A stretch of DNA of 52,228 nt from Anaerolineae bacterium (GCA_034435295.1 DAOTYD010000072.1:1-52228), one strand, 5' to 3'. Numbered from the stretch's first letter, positions 9,558 to 19,397 are shown. The notes: generated from the letters alone by a model not told the origin. Translations and numbers: made by a program.

Positions 9558-10499
9558 TTACCCAAAAAGCGCCCGTCGCGGCGCGCGCCGGTCGAAGCGG
9601 TGCAGGCCAGCCTCCCGCGCCTCGGCCATGGCTGCCTCGACTTCGGCGGCGGTGACCGGCCGGTCGAGCGGCGGGTGCTGCCGCGCCTTGTAGCACGGGC
9701 GGTACTGGTCCATGATGTTGATGTACGTGTCGGGCGAGACCTGGCGGGCCAGAAAACGGGCAATCTCGGCCGTGCCGGCCAGACCGCCTGGCAACACCAG
9801 ATGGCGCACCAGCAGCCCGCGCCGGGCAATCCCCCGCTCGTCCAGCACCAGATCCCCCACCTGTCGGTGCATCTCCTTCACCGCGGCCTGGTTGACCGTC
9901 GGATAGTCCGCGATGCCGGAAAGGCGTCGCCCCGTCTCGGCATCGGCGTACTTCATGTCGGGCATGTAAATGTCGACGACGCCGTCCAGCAGGCGCAGCG
10001 CCTCCAGCGAGTCATAGCCGCCCGTGTTCCAGACCAGGGGCAGGCGCAGCCCCGCCTGCGCGGCGACGAGCAGCGCCCCCAGGATCGGCGCGACGACGTG
10101 GGTGGGCGAGACCAGATTGATGTTGTGGCAGCCCAGCGATTGCAACTCGAGCATCATCGCCGCCAGCGCTGCCGGCTCTGTCTCCCGCCCGTGGCCCAAC
10201 TGGCTGATGTCATAGTTCTGGCAATAGAGACAGTTCAGGTTACACCAGGCAAAAAAGATCGTCCCCGAACCGCGATAGCCCCGCAGCGGGTCCTCCTCAC
10301 CCATATGGGGGCCGTAGCTGGAAACCAGCGCCTGCGTGCCGGTGCGGCATGCCCCTCGCTCTTTGTAGCGGTCGACGCCGCAGGCGCGCCCGCAGAAATC
10401 GCAGGCCGTCAGCCGTTCATAGGCCGCTTCGACCCGCCGCTTCAGCTCGCCCGACGCCAGCAGGGCCAGGTAGGCCGGCTCGAAGCCCGCGTTCACCAT
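9558..10499 (-). CDS. Radical SAM protein, PflX/pyruvate-formate-lyase-activase-like
   Basis: [15 protein letters not shown] CxxxCxxC motif follows an N-terminal Cys cluster ([18 protein letters not shown]). The start ATG at 10499 overlaps the upstream gene stop by 7 nt. Confidence 0.75.
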   Translation of the reverse strand: MVNAGFEPAYLALLASGELKRRVEAAYERLTACDFCGRACGVDRYKERGACRTGTQALVSSYGPHMGEEDPLRGYRGSGTIFFAWCNLNCLYCQNYDISQLGHGRETEPAALAAMMLELQSLGCHNINLVSPTHVVAPILGALLVAAQAGLRLPLVWNTGGYDSLEALRLLDGVVDIYMPDMKYADAETGRRLSGIADYPTVNQAAVKEMHRQVGDLVLDERGIARRGLLVRHLVLPGGLAGTAEIARFLARQVSPDTYINIMDQYRPCYKARQHPPLDRPVTAAEVEAAMAEAREAGLHRFDRRAPRRALFG

Positions 10500-11026
10500 C
10501 GCACCGGCACCAGCCGCTCCCGCCAGGAGCGGTCCAGGATTTTGACATGGCCGTTCTGCCGGCCATAGTCGTAGACGCGCCAGGTGACCTCGACGTCGCG
10601 CCGGCAATAGTCGATCACTCGCTCGAGCTGGCCCTGGCGGAACCAGCGCACGGCGTCCAGCCCATCGCCGCTCTTGGCCAGGCCCAGCGTTGCCGCAGCC
10701 ACATCGTTCAGCTTGGGCCGCCAGCCGAGCCGGTCGGCCAGGTCGCGCAGCATGTCAACCGTCGGCAGGTCGTCCAACGGGTCGGCGGTATAGGCGCGGA
10801 GCACTTTATAGTCGAAGCCGTAGAGATTGTAGCCGACCACTTTGCGGGCAGCGCGCAGGTCGGCGATCAACCGGGCCACCTCGCCCTCGGTGTAGACACG
10901 GTAGCCATCCTGGGCAGGGCTGTAGGTGACGGCGACGGCCAGGCGCATGTCGCGGATGTGGCTCCAGCCGCCGACTTCGTCGGCCAGCTTTTGCGTCTCC
11001 AGGTCGAAAACCAGCAGACCTTCCAT
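10493..11026 (-). CDS. RNase H-fold 3'-5' exonuclease (DEDDy-type) domain protein
   Basis: The three Exo motifs are VFDLET, GYNLYGFDYKVL and YCRRDVEVT. The start is at MEGLL (cat at 11024-11026). Confidence 0.65.
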   Translation of the reverse strand: MEGLLVFDLETQKLADEVGGWSHIRDMRLAVAVTYSPAQDGYRVYTEGEVARLIADLRAARKVVGYNLYGFDYKVLRAYTADPLDDLPTVDMLRDLADRLGWRPKLNDVAAATLGLAKSGDGLDAVRWFRQGQLERVIDYCRRDVEVTWRVYDYGRQNGHVKILDRSWRERLVPVRW

Positions 11027-11031
11027 CGCCG

Positions 11032-12237
11032 TCAGGGCCTCCGGGGACGCCGCAGCGCGCCGGCGATCGGCAGCGCCAGCAGCAGACTCAGCGCCCACAA
11101 CAGCAGCCAGGGCAGGTGCTCGGATATCCAGGTCAGCCAGCCGCTCAGGCCGGCCAGGTCGGCCCGCCAGGCCTGGTCGAGCTGCTCCATCGTGACGCCC
11201 AGGGCAATCCGCACCCCTTCCTGACAGCCGGTGCCATCGGCGTAGGCTGCGAGCAGGGCGCGGATGCCCTCGCCGCCATAGCGCTGGCGGATGTAGCGCA
11301 CCAGGCTGGCGCTTTGGGCGTAGGCGAGAAGAGCACGCCGGGCATCTTCGGGGAAGGGCTGGCACAGTTGCGCGGGGGTGAACAGGGTCCCTTCCGAGCG
11401 GGCCTGTTCCAGCAGCGAGTCGAGCGTGGGGTCGCGCCGTGGTTCGTTGGCCGTCGCCAGCCCCTCATCCAGCCAGTCCGGTATGTGAGTGTAACCCTGT
11501 GCGCCGACGGAATCATAGACCAGCAGATGGCTCAGCTCGTGGCTGATGTCCCGCTCCATCTGCGCGTAATAATTGCCGCTGGGGGGGATCGCCACCAGCG
11601 CCACGCCCAGTTCGGGCCGCGCCTGACCGGCGATCCATTCGCGCCCGGCCATCTCCAGCGCTGCCTGCAGATCGGCCAGCGAGGGGTAGACATAGACATC
11701 GACCGGCCCGCTGACGGCAAGCTGGGGGTTGCCCAGTTCCCAGGCAATGCGGGCCAGGCTGGCCTGTGCCACCTCCAGCGCCGCCTGGCTATAGGCGGGG
11801 TCCTCCACGACGGTGTGGACAGATAGAGCGCCCGCGGTGTGGCTGCGCCAGCGGAAACGGTTGTCCACATAGTGCAGGGTGGCCGCCTCGTCCTCGAAGC
11901 GCCCGTCGTCGCCGTACCACACCTCCCACCACCAGCGCACCTGGCTGAAAGGGGGAAAGGGTTGCAGGCGCAGGTCGCGCCCGTACTCAGCCTGGACGGT
12001 CAGGGCCGGCTCAACGGCCAGGTGGACGACCTCACCCTGCCCGGTCGCGGCAATTTCCAGATGGAGGTACAGGTCGCGGACCGGTTCAGGGGCAGTGACA
12101 GTCACGGCAAAAACCGCCTGTTGGCCAAAGGTATGGTAGGCCGAGGCGGCAATTTCGACGGGAGGGCGTTCCTGCGCCCGGACGGGTATTGTCAGCAGCG
12201 CCGTGGCAAGCAGGACAAGCCCGGCGACTTTTCTCAC
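11032..12237 (-). CDS. Peptidase MA-like zinc metallopeptidase (signal peptide, C-terminal TM)
   Basis: HELSH (HExxH) plus a downstream EGLATANE glutamate. The N-terminal signal is VAGLVLLATALLTIPVRAQ. The GTG start overlaps the upstream stop (GTGA at 12234-12237). Confidence 0.65.
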   Translation of the reverse strand: MRKVAGLVLLATALLTIPVRAQERPPVEIAASAYHTFGQQAVFAVTVTAPEPVRDLYLHLEIAATGQGEVVHLAVEPALTVQAEYGRDLRLQPFPPFSQVRWWWEVWYGDDGRFEDEAATLHYVDNRFRWRSHTAGALSVHTVVEDPAYSQAALEVAQASLARIAWELGNPQLAVSGPVDVYVYPSLADLQAALEMAGREWIAGQARPELGVALVAIPPSGNYYAQMERDISHELSHLLVYDSVGAQGYTHIPDWLDEGLATANEPRRDPTLDSLLEQARSEGTLFTPAQLCQPFPEDARRALLAYAQSASLVRYIRQRYGGEGIRALLAAYADGTGCQEGVRIALGVTMEQLDQAWRADLAGLSGWLTWISEHLPWLLLWALSLLLALPIAGALRRPRRP

Positions 12238-13175
12238 CACGGGTCGTTTTCCTCTTCGTCCTCGTCGAAAAAGTCGAACATCAGAAAAGCGCCGATGTCG
12301 CCGTGGAGCAGTTCGAACTCGCGCAGCGCCTCGCGGGCAGCGGAGCGGACCGCCTCGTTTTCGGAGCGGCTGCAGGCAGTGAGCGTGCGACGGGCCTCCT
12401 CGCCGCCAATCTGTCCCAACGCCCAGATGGCGGCTTCCTGCACCTCGCTGTCCACGTCGTCGACCAGTTCGAGCAGCGTCGTGATGGCGGTTTCCAGCCC
12501 CAGTTCGCCGCAGGCCCGCGCCGCTTCGTAGCGCATGGCCGGGTTGGGATGGTAGAGCTCGCGCAGCGCCTCCGGCGCCCAGCGCTCGTCGGCGCTGCGG
12601 CCCATGGCAAAGACCGCGCTGACGCGCATCGATTCGTCCTCGTCCTGATAGGCCTGGCGGATCAGTTGGGCGACGGTCTCTTCCCCCGAATAGGCCAGCG
12701 ATTCGAGCACGCGCCGCCGCACAGCAGGAACTTCGTCGGCGACGGCGTAAGCGGCCAGCAGCGCCTGATAGGTCTGCTGGAACGGCTGCGGGCGGATCTT
12801 GCCCAGCTCGCCCAGCAGCATAAAGCGCCCCAGCGAGGTCGCCGCGGCGGCGCGGACCGAGGCATCGACATCCCGCAGGCGCGCGATCAGCGGCGGGATC
12901 AGGCGCACGTCCTCGTCTTCCCACAGCCCTTCCACGGCAACGCGGCGGACCTCGGCGCAGTCATCCTCCAGGGCCAGGCGGAAGAGCTCGCCAAAGTCGA
13001 CCTCGAAATCGCTCTCGGCCACCTCAACCATGCGCTCGACCAGGCGCAGGCGCACCTCGGGAGCAAAGGCAGAGATGGTAGCCCATGCTTCCTGTGCCTC
13101 CACCCGACTGAGGTTGGAAAGGCCATAGATGTCCGGCAGCGCGGCTTTTTTCGTTTCGTCCGCTAACTCGTTCAT
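12234..13175 (-). CDS. HEAT-repeat protein
   Basis: Repeated ..D.D..VR..A...LG.. units (DCAEVRRVAVEGL, DVDASVRAAAATSLG, DESMRVSAVFAMG, NPAMRYEAARACGELG, DSEVQEAAIWALGQIG, NEAVRSAAREAL). The ATG overlaps the rseP stop (ATGA). Confidence 0.75.
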   Translation of the reverse strand: MNELADETKKAALPDIYGLSNLSRVEAQEAWATISAFAPEVRLRLVERMVEVAESDFEVDFGELFRLALEDDCAEVRRVAVEGLWEDEDVRLIPPLIARLRDVDASVRAAAATSLGRFMLLGELGKIRPQPFQQTYQALLAAYAVADEVPAVRRRVLESLAYSGEETVAQLIRQAYQDEDESMRVSAVFAMGRSADERWAPEALRELYHPNPAMRYEAARACGELGLETAITTLLELVDDVDSEVQEAAIWALGQIGGEEARRTLTACSRSENEAVRSAAREALREFELLHGDIGAFLMFDFFDEDEEENDPW

Positions 13176-14482
13176 CGGCTCAACAAAGACCAGGGAATGA
13201 CCGGGTTGAAGATGTCCTGGGTGATGATCAGGAGAGAGAGAGCAAGCAAAACGATCATGCCAACCGCATGGATCTTGAACTCGAGCGCCGGGTCGATGCG
13301 CCGGCCGCGGATGGCTTCGATCAAGACGAAGAGAGCCCGCCCGCCGTCCAGCGCCGGCAGCGGCAGCAGGTTGGTGAAACCGATGGCAAAGCTGACCACG
13401 GCCAGGAACTGGAGAGCGGGATAGGCAACCCGCCATTCGACACTCTGTTTGAGGGCCAGCCCCAGCCATTGCAGGATGGCCGGGATGCCGGCAGGGCGAA
13501 TTTCGGCCGGCTGAACCTGGCCCGACGAGACCATACCTGGCAGGCGAAAAAGGTTGACAAAGAAGGCAGCGAAGCTTTGCAGGGCAAGCTGGCTGGCGTG
13601 GGGCAGGGAGTAGCGGACCAGGGAACTCGTGTCGGGATAGTCCAGCATGGCGATGCCCAGGAAGCCCTGGCCGTTCTCCGACTGGCGCGGCGTGGCGACG
13701 ATGGTCATGGGCGTGCCCTCTCGCAGGATGGACAGCTCGATCGGTTGGAGGGGCGAGGCCACGATGCGCGGGCGCAGGTCAGAGGGGCCTTGCCGCAGCA
13801 TCTCCCCGTCGACGGCGACGATGACATCGCCGGCCTGCAGGCCAGCCGCTTCGGCGGCCGTTTCCGGCACCACATCCTGCACCTGGACGAGAAAGTGCTC
13901 AGGGATGCCGGTCATGAAAGAGGCGGTCATGAACAGAAAGGCGGCGATCAGGTTCATCACGCTGCCGCCGAGGAGCGTCACCAGCCGCCAGCGCCTGGGC
14001 TGCGCGGCCAGGCTGCGCGGGTGGGTGGGGTCTTCCTCGCCCAGCAGGCGCACAAAAGCGCCCAGCGGCAACAGGTTGAGCGAATAGATCGTGCCTGGTT
14101 CGAGCACTTCCAGCCGGCCGCGCACCTGCACACCGTAAGGGATGTCCCGGCGGTACGGTTCGCCCTCTGACGGGGACAGGACGCTCACGCACAGTTCGCC
14201 CCTGTCGTTGTAGCGCGCCCGCGCCATAACCTGCTGCCCCTCTTCCAGGTTTTCGGGCAGCTTGAATCGGGGTGGCAGGACCATCCGTACCCCATTGATT
14301 TTGACCACGCCTTTGCTCTGTCGCAGCGTCAGCAGGCGCGGCGGCAGGCCCAGGCCAAACTCGATCACCCGTGCCCCGGCCAGCTTGCCAGGTATAAAGT
14401 GCCCCAGTTCGTGGAGCACGATCACCGGCCCCAGCAAAAAGACCAGGGCCAGGGCCAACCATTTCAGAATCTCAATCAGCAT
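13172..14482 (-). CDS. rseP: Site-2 protease, M50 family with PDZ domain (RseP-like)
   Basis: HELGHF is in the first TM segment. A PDZ-like segment is GLQAGDVIVAVDG. The NLLPLPALDGG motif lies near the C-terminus. Confidence 0.85.
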   Translation of the reverse strand: MLIEILKWLALALVFLLGPVIVLHELGHFIPGKLAGARVIEFGLGLPPRLLTLRQSKGVVKINGVRMVLPPRFKLPENLEEGQQVMARARYNDRGELCVSVLSPSEGEPYRRDIPYGVQVRGRLEVLEPGTIYSLNLLPLGAFVRLLGEEDPTHPRSLAAQPRRWRLVTLLGGSVMNLIAAFLFMTASFMTGIPEHFLVQVQDVVPETAAEAAGLQAGDVIVAVDGEMLRQGPSDLRPRIVASPLQPIELSILREGTPMTIVATPRQSENGQGFLGIAMLDYPDTSSLVRYSLPHASQLALQSFAAFFVNLFRLPGMVSSGQVQPAEIRPAGIPAILQWLGLALKQSVEWRVAYPALQFLAVVSFAIGFTNLLPLPALDGGRALFVLIEAIRGRRIDPALEFKIHAVGMIVLLALSLLIITQDIFNPVIPWSLLSR

Positions 14483-14500
14483 GCTCTTTCACCTGCGTTC

Positions 14501-14529
14501 ATTATACCGCAGGGGAGGGGTTATCGCAA
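14501..14529 (-). promoter_or_regulatory. Promoter candidate for the rseP operon (TTGCGA-N17-TATAAT on the minus strand)
   Basis: The reverse complement reads ttgcga (14529-14524), 17 nt, tataat (14506-14501). The ATG at 14482 follows about 18 nt after the -10. Confidence 0.5.
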
Positions 14530-14554
14530 CAACAGGGGCGGGTGGGCGTTCGTA

Positions 14555-14800
14555 GCAGAACGCCGGCGTGGAGCCCCCCATTGCTCGGCGGGGGTCTGTG
14601 ACCCCCGCCAGTGGGGCCGCCGCGTCACAGACCCGGCGGGAGCAGGGCGGGCGAGGCATTCTATCCTTTGGCTTCGAACACCCCGGCGCAGGACAGCTAC
14701 AAGCAGTTGTCCTACGAATCAGTGTCGCAACGAGACCCTTCGCTCCGCTCAGGGTGACATGGGTTTCGCTCAGGGTGACATCGCTCTTGCTTACCAGGAG
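14555..14800. repeat. Composite REP/MITE-like element (module a inverted, module b direct, relative to the 40708-40975 locus)
   Basis: 14555-14641 is about 85-90% identical by eye to the reverse complement of 40708-40802. 14691-14785 (ggacagctacaagcagttgtcctacgaa..gtgtcgcaacgagaccc..cgctcagggtgacatgggttt x1.7) matches 40815-40975. Confidence 0.8.
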
Positions 14801-14948
14801 CGAGACCCCTCGTCTCCTTGTGCCGGGTGAGCTGCCATTCAAAGCCCTACAGGCCGAAGGCCCAGAGCGGGGTACAGGCAAGGCGGCGCCTCGCCCCTTC
14901 AGTCGGTGTGGGCAGGCAGTTACCCTCCGATGTCTCGAAGACCTCGGA

Positions 14949-14986
14949 GGGTGCTGGGCGCGGTCTCCTGACCGCGCCCAGCACCC
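14949..14986 (-). terminator. 16-bp perfect hairpin 9 nt downstream of the saccharopine-DH-like gene stop
   Basis: gggtgctgggcgcggt (14949-14964), loop ctcctg, accgcgcccagcaccc (14971-14986). There is no clear U-tract, so it is either a terminator or a 3' stabiliser. Confidence 0.45.
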
Positions 14987-14994
14987 CCATACAG

Positions 14995-16200
14995 CTACAT
15001 TTCCTTCACCCGGCAGGGAAAGTCATACTGCTCTGTCAGCGCCATGAACGGGTCGGGGTCAAAGGCCTCCGGCCCCAGCACCCCCACGCCCTTCCAGGCG
15101 CCGCTGTTGAGCAGGTCCCAGGCGATGACCGGGTTGACCGCCGTCTGCCAGACCACCGCCTGCACGCCGTACTTGCGCATGCAGGTCTCGTTATCGGCCA
15201 CCTGGTAGATATAGACCTGGCGCGGCTTGCCGTCCTTGATGCCCTTGACCCAGGTGCCGGCGCAGGTCTTGCCGAACATCTTGTCGCCCAGGTGGGCCGG
15301 GTCGGGCAGGCAGGCGGCGACCACGTCGCGCGGGGCCACCATCACCCCCTTGACGTTGATCGGCTCCTTGTTGTCCAGGCCGAGCATCTTGATCGTCTTC
15401 AGCACGCCGATGAACTGGTCGCCCAGGCCGTACTTGAAGGTGACGCGCTTGCACCTGACCCAGCGCGGCACCAGCAGCACCTCCTCATGCTCGACGTTGA
15501 CGCACTCGACCGGGCCGATCCCTTCGGGGAACTCAAAGACCTCCGGTTCGGAGAAAGGCTCGGTGGTGAACCAGCCGCGATCCTTTTCCCAGATCACCGG
15601 TGGGTTGAGGCATTCCTCGATGGTCGTCCAGATCGAAAAGTTGGGGGCAAACTCGTAGCCGCGCACTTCCAGGTTGGCCCCGTCGCGCACGCCGATCTCC
15701 TCGATCTCGTCGAAGAGATGCTTCTCGGCGTAGCGGGCAAAGACATCCGCCAGGCCTGGCTCGACGCCCATCCCCAGCAGCGCCAGCAGCCCCTTCTTCT
15801 CCCACTGTTCGGCGCGCTCGAACTGGTAGTCCCCCAACTTGACCCCGCACTGGCGATAGGGATCGGTGGGATGGGGCTGCGAGAGGGTCATGGCCATATC
15901 CATGTAGGTGCAGCCGTATTCGAACGCCGCGTCAAAGATCGCCTCGTTGAACACCGGGTCAACGGCATTCATGATGAGGTCCACCTGATACTTGCGGGCC
16001 ATATCGATGATGAGTTGCCGGTCGCTGGCGTCAATCCACTCCTCCGGGAACTTGTCTGGCATGCCCAGTTTCTGGCCCACCTCGCGGACGCGCTCGCGAT
16101 TATAGTCGGCCAGGACGACTTTCTCCACCCACGGACGGTCCCTGGCGACGACGGCGATCGCCTCGCCCACACCGCCCACACCGACAAGCAGAACCTTCAT
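14995..16200 (-). CDS. Saccharopine dehydrogenase family NAD(P)-binding enzyme (also resembles carboxy(nor)spermidine dehydrogenase)
   Basis: MKVLLVGVGGVGEAIA Rossmann start, about 400 aa, with the architecture typical of the Sacchrp_dh N- and C-domains. The ATG overlaps the symporter stop (ATGA). Confidence 0.7.
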   Translation of the reverse strand: MKVLLVGVGGVGEAIAVVARDRPWVEKVVLADYNRERVREVGQKLGMPDKFPEEWIDASDRQLIIDMARKYQVDLIMNAVDPVFNEAIFDAAFEYGCTYMDMAMTLSQPHPTDPYRQCGVKLGDYQFERAEQWEKKGLLALLGMGVEPGLADVFARYAEKHLFDEIEEIGVRDGANLEVRGYEFAPNFSIWTTIEECLNPPVIWEKDRGWFTTEPFSEPEVFEFPEGIGPVECVNVEHEEVLLVPRWVRCKRVTFKYGLGDQFIGVLKTIKMLGLDNKEPINVKGVMVAPRDVVAACLPDPAHLGDKMFGKTCAGTWVKGIKDGKPRQVYIYQVADNETCMRKYGVQAVVWQTAVNPVIAWDLLNSGAWKGVGVLGPEAFDPDPFMALTEQYDFPCRVKEM

Positions 16201-17780
16201 TTGTCACCTCGTTTCCCCAGTTGGAACCCCAGCGGATTGCGCATATTCAGCGGGTTGCCATCCAGATCGGTCATCACCTTCGGCGGGTCGATCTTCTGGG
16301 TCAGCAGGGAGACAACGATCAGCATCACCACAGAGATGACGAACGCAGGGAACGAAGCGATGTAGACCGCATCCCAGGTGGCATCCTCGACAAAGCCCTC
16401 GCAGATTTCCAGAGTGATGGGATAGTAGGCGAAGGTCAGGATCACCCAGGAGACCGTGCCGACGATCATGGAGCTGAGCGCGCCGATGTGGTTGGCCTTT
16501 TTCCAGTACATGCCGATGATGTAGGGGGCGACCATGCCGACCAGGATCGCCGTGCAACTCAGCACGGCCAGCCGGTATATTGTCGCAGCGTACAGGGCGA
16601 TGAGCAGGCTGATGATGCCGGTCACCAGCAGGCTGAGCCGCGTCAGCCAGAGCTGGGTCTTGTCGGACAGGTCGGGCTTGAAGACCTTGACGATGTTTTC
16701 GGTGAACATCGTCGCCCCGGCAAGCATAGAACTGTCGGAGGTGCTCATCAGCGCCGAGGCCAGAGCGGCGATAAAGATGGCGACCAGGAGGGGCGGCAGG
16801 TACTGCATAGTCATGGAGACCAGCACGAACTCTGTCTGCTCGACCTCCAGATCCGGGCCGATCGCGCCGTAGGCGGCCACGCCGATCAGCGGCGGAAGGA
16901 TGCCAAAGATCAGGTAGAGGATCGCCGCCAGGTAGGTCGCCTTGACCGCCACCGACTCGTCCTGGGCGGCGCAGGTGCGCTGCAAATAGTCCTGCGCCGG
17001 GATGCTGCCCAGGCCGATGGCCATCCAGGCGGCCAGGTAGTAGAAGATGCCCAGGTAGCCAGTGTACCCCAGGTAGCCCTCGTCGCGGATGGGCCAGAGG
17101 GCAAAGGGTTGCGAGACCCCCTGCGCGCCGGCCAGCCCCAGAAACTCGCTCAGGCCGCCCACCCGGCTGACGATGATGCCGAAGGTCACTGCCAGGCCGA
17201 TGCAGATGAGGAACATTTGCAGGAAGTCGAGCGCGGTGTCGGCCCACAGGCCGCCCATCATCGTGTAGAGGGTGACCACGGTGCCGACCAGGATCATGCC
17301 GGCCTGAAGCGGCCAGCCCAGGAGGACGTGGAGGATGCTCCCGCCGGCGACGATCTGCGCCGCCGTCCAGCCGAAGTAGGTGATGATCTGGATCACCGCG
17401 CCGATGATGGACATCGTCTTGCCGAAGCGGCGCTCGTAAAAGTCCATCAGCGTCAGGTAGTTGGCCCGGCGCGCCAGGCGGACGACCAGGAAGCCGGAGA
17501 GGATCAGGCACAGCGCCGCCCCAAAGGGGTCGAACACCACGCCCTGGAAGCCGAAGCGGTAGGCGCTGGAGCTGGAGCCCATCAGCGTCTCGGCGGCGAA
17601 CCATGTGGCCATGATGGAGGGCCCGGCCATCCATATCGGCAACCGCCGGCCGGCGACCACATAATCTACCGTGGTCTCAACGCGCCGCGAGGCCCAGTAG
17701 CCGATGGCCAGCCGGACCAGGAGGATGACCACGATCCCTCCCACAATCAGGCCAGCATACTCATAGGTTGGTCCTGGCAT
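16197..17780 (-). CDS. Sodium:solute symporter family (SSF) transporter
   Basis: 527 aa with about 13 TM segments. The N-terminus ..GYWASRRVETTVDYVVAGRRLPIWM.. is typical of the PutP/PanF/SglT family. Confidence 0.8.
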   Translation of the reverse strand: MPGPTYEYAGLIVGGIVVILLVRLAIGYWASRRVETTVDYVVAGRRLPIWMAGPSIMATWFAAETLMGSSSSAYRFGFQGVVFDPFGAALCLILSGFLVVRLARRANYLTLMDFYERRFGKTMSIIGAVIQIITYFGWTAAQIVAGGSILHVLLGWPLQAGMILVGTVVTLYTMMGGLWADTALDFLQMFLICIGLAVTFGIIVSRVGGLSEFLGLAGAQGVSQPFALWPIRDEGYLGYTGYLGIFYYLAAWMAIGLGSIPAQDYLQRTCAAQDESVAVKATYLAAILYLIFGILPPLIGVAAYGAIGPDLEVEQTEFVLVSMTMQYLPPLLVAIFIAALASALMSTSDSSMLAGATMFTENIVKVFKPDLSDKTQLWLTRLSLLVTGIISLLIALYAATIYRLAVLSCTAILVGMVAPYIIGMYWKKANHIGALSSMIVGTVSWVILTFAYYPITLEICEGFVEDATWDAVYIASFPAFVISVVMLIVVSLLTQKIDPPKVMTDLDGNPLNMRNPLGFQLGKRGDK

Positions 17781-17819
17781 TTCTCGCTCCTTTCTCCTAT
17801 AGTGGGTTGTTATCCCTGG

Positions 17820-19097
17820 CTACGAGAGGCACTCCGCCAGGGCTTTTCCAAACGCAGCGACAGCCGTCTCGATCTGTTCTTGATTGACGATCAGCGGCGG
17901 GATCCAGCGGACGACGTTGTCATACGTGCCGCAGGTGAGCAACATCAACTGGTGCTTGAGGGCGGCCTTGACGGCAGACTTGGCCACGGCGGTGGCCGGC
18001 GCGCCGTCGGCCCCGGTGAACTCGGCACCGACCATCAGCCCCAGCCCGCGCACGTCGCCGATGATGGGAAACTCTGCCTGCAACGCCTGCAACCGCTCGA
18101 TGAGCAGCGCGCCCATGCGTTGCGCGTTCTCCAGCAGCCCCTCCTCGCGCATGACGCGGATGGTGGCGACAGCGGCGGCGCAGGCGACGGCGTTCCCGCC
18201 GTAGGTGCCGCCATGCGAGCCGGGAATCCACTTCTCCATCAGTTCCCGTCGCGCCGCCACGCCGGAGAGCGGCAGGCCAGAAGCCAGCCCTTTGGCCATC
18301 GTCATGATGTCCGGCACCACGCCAAAGTGCTCGAAGGCGAACCAGCGGCCGGTGCGCCCGAAACCGCACTGGATCTCATCGGCAATGAGCAGGATGCCGT
18401 GCTCGTCGCAGATGCGGCGCACCCCCTTGAGGAAACCCGGCGGCGGCACCAGGTAGCCCCCTTCCCCCACCACCGGCTCGATCAACATTGCCGCGGTCTC
18501 GAAGGGAGCAGTCTGGCTCTTCAGCAGGAACTCGAGTTCACGCAGGCAGAACCGTTCAGCCTCCTCTGGGCTCCAGCCGTAGCGGTAGTAGTAGGGATAG
18601 GGAGCGACAAAGACCCCCGCTGGCAGCGGCTGGTAGCCGGCGCGGTAGATGGTCTTGGAGGTGGTGAGGGCCATGGTCATGCCGGTGCGGCCGTGGAAGC
18701 TGCCCTGGAAGACGATGATGTTGGGCCGGCCGGTGGCGTGGCGAGCCAGTTTGACCGCTCCCTCGATGGCCTCCGCGCCGCTGTTGGAGAAGAAGAAGCA
18801 GTCGAGCGCTGGCGGCACGATAGTGCGCAGTTCGCGCACCAGCTCCAGCAGCGGCTTGTGGTAGACGATGTTGACCTGGCCGTGCAGCAGCTTCGCCGCC
18901 TGCTCCTGCACCGCCTGCACGACCTTTGGGTGGCAGTGGCCAGTGTTGGTCACGCCGATGCCGCAGGTAAAGTCCAGGTAGCGGCTGCCGTCCTGGTCAT
19001 AGACATAGGCCCCCTCCGCCCGCTCAGCGATGATGGGCGTGTAGCGGGGCCAGATGGGGGAGATGAGTTTCTCCACGTCGGGGGAGAGGTTGGTCAT
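17820..19097 (-). CDS. Class-III PLP aminotransferase, 4-aminobutyrate/omega-amino-acid type
   Basis: The motifs are GIGVTNTGHCHPKVV, LIADEIQCGFGRTG and the PLP lysine in DIMTMAKGLASG. The start is at MTNLS with RBS aaggagga. The upstream extension to 19145 is encoded by the octamer repeat. Confidence 0.85.
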   Translation of the reverse strand: MTNLSPDVEKLISPIWPRYTPIIAERAEGAYVYDQDGSRYLDFTCGIGVTNTGHCHPKVVQAVQEQAAKLLHGQVNIVYHKPLLELVRELRTIVPPALDCFFFSNSGAEAIEGAVKLARHATGRPNIIVFQGSFHGRTGMTMALTTSKTIYRAGYQPLPAGVFVAPYPYYYRYGWSPEEAERFCLRELEFLLKSQTAPFETAAMLIEPVVGEGGYLVPPPGFLKGVRRICDEHGILLIADEIQCGFGRTGRWFAFEHFGVVPDIMTMAKGLASGLPLSGVAARRELMEKWIPGSHGGTYGGNAVACAAAVATIRVMREEGLLENAQRMGALLIERLQALQAEFPIIGDVRGLGLMVGAEFTGADGAPATAVAKSAVKAALKHQLMLLTCGTYDNVVRWIPPLIVNQEQIETAVAAFGKALAECLS

Positions 19098-19117
19098 AGG
19101 TCCTCCTTGGAAAGTGT

Positions 19118-19165
19118 GCAAGTATGCAAGTATGCAAGTATGCAAGTATGCAAGTAAGCAAGTGG
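19118..19165. repeat. Octamer tandem repeat (gcaagtat x4, gcaagtaa, gcaagtgg)
   Basis: Read directly. It lies 20 nt upstream (minus sense) of the aminotransferase start codon. It shares the gcaagt core with the pheT in-frame repeat. Confidence 0.9.
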
Positions 19166-19367
19166 GGCGACGGATTGGGGCGAGGGTTGGGCGCGGTGCT
19201 GCTCGTGTTCCTGGGCCAGCCGCTGGAAGAGGCGGTAAACCCGGCGGATAGGCAGCCTGGCGGCAGCGCCGCCGGTCGGACGATGTAGTTCTTCAGCGTT
19301 CTGTATTCCACGACGATCCCCTCCTGGCGATGGACGCCAGCCCACAGACAACGAACCACGCGACACG

Positions 19368-19397
19368 CTTTACGTTTTACGTTTTACGCTTTACGTT
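19368..19397. repeat. Heptamer tandem repeat (ctttacg ttttacg ttttacg ctttacg)
   Basis: Read directly. It lies about 24 nt downstream of the stop of the 19421-20734 gene. Confidence 0.85.

Noticed and set aside
19166-19367. Possible gene fragment or small protein (minus-strand ORFs 19024-19359 and 19094-19366)
   Set aside because: There is no recognisable motif, no RBS and biased composition. It is kept only as an unexplained spacer in the findings.
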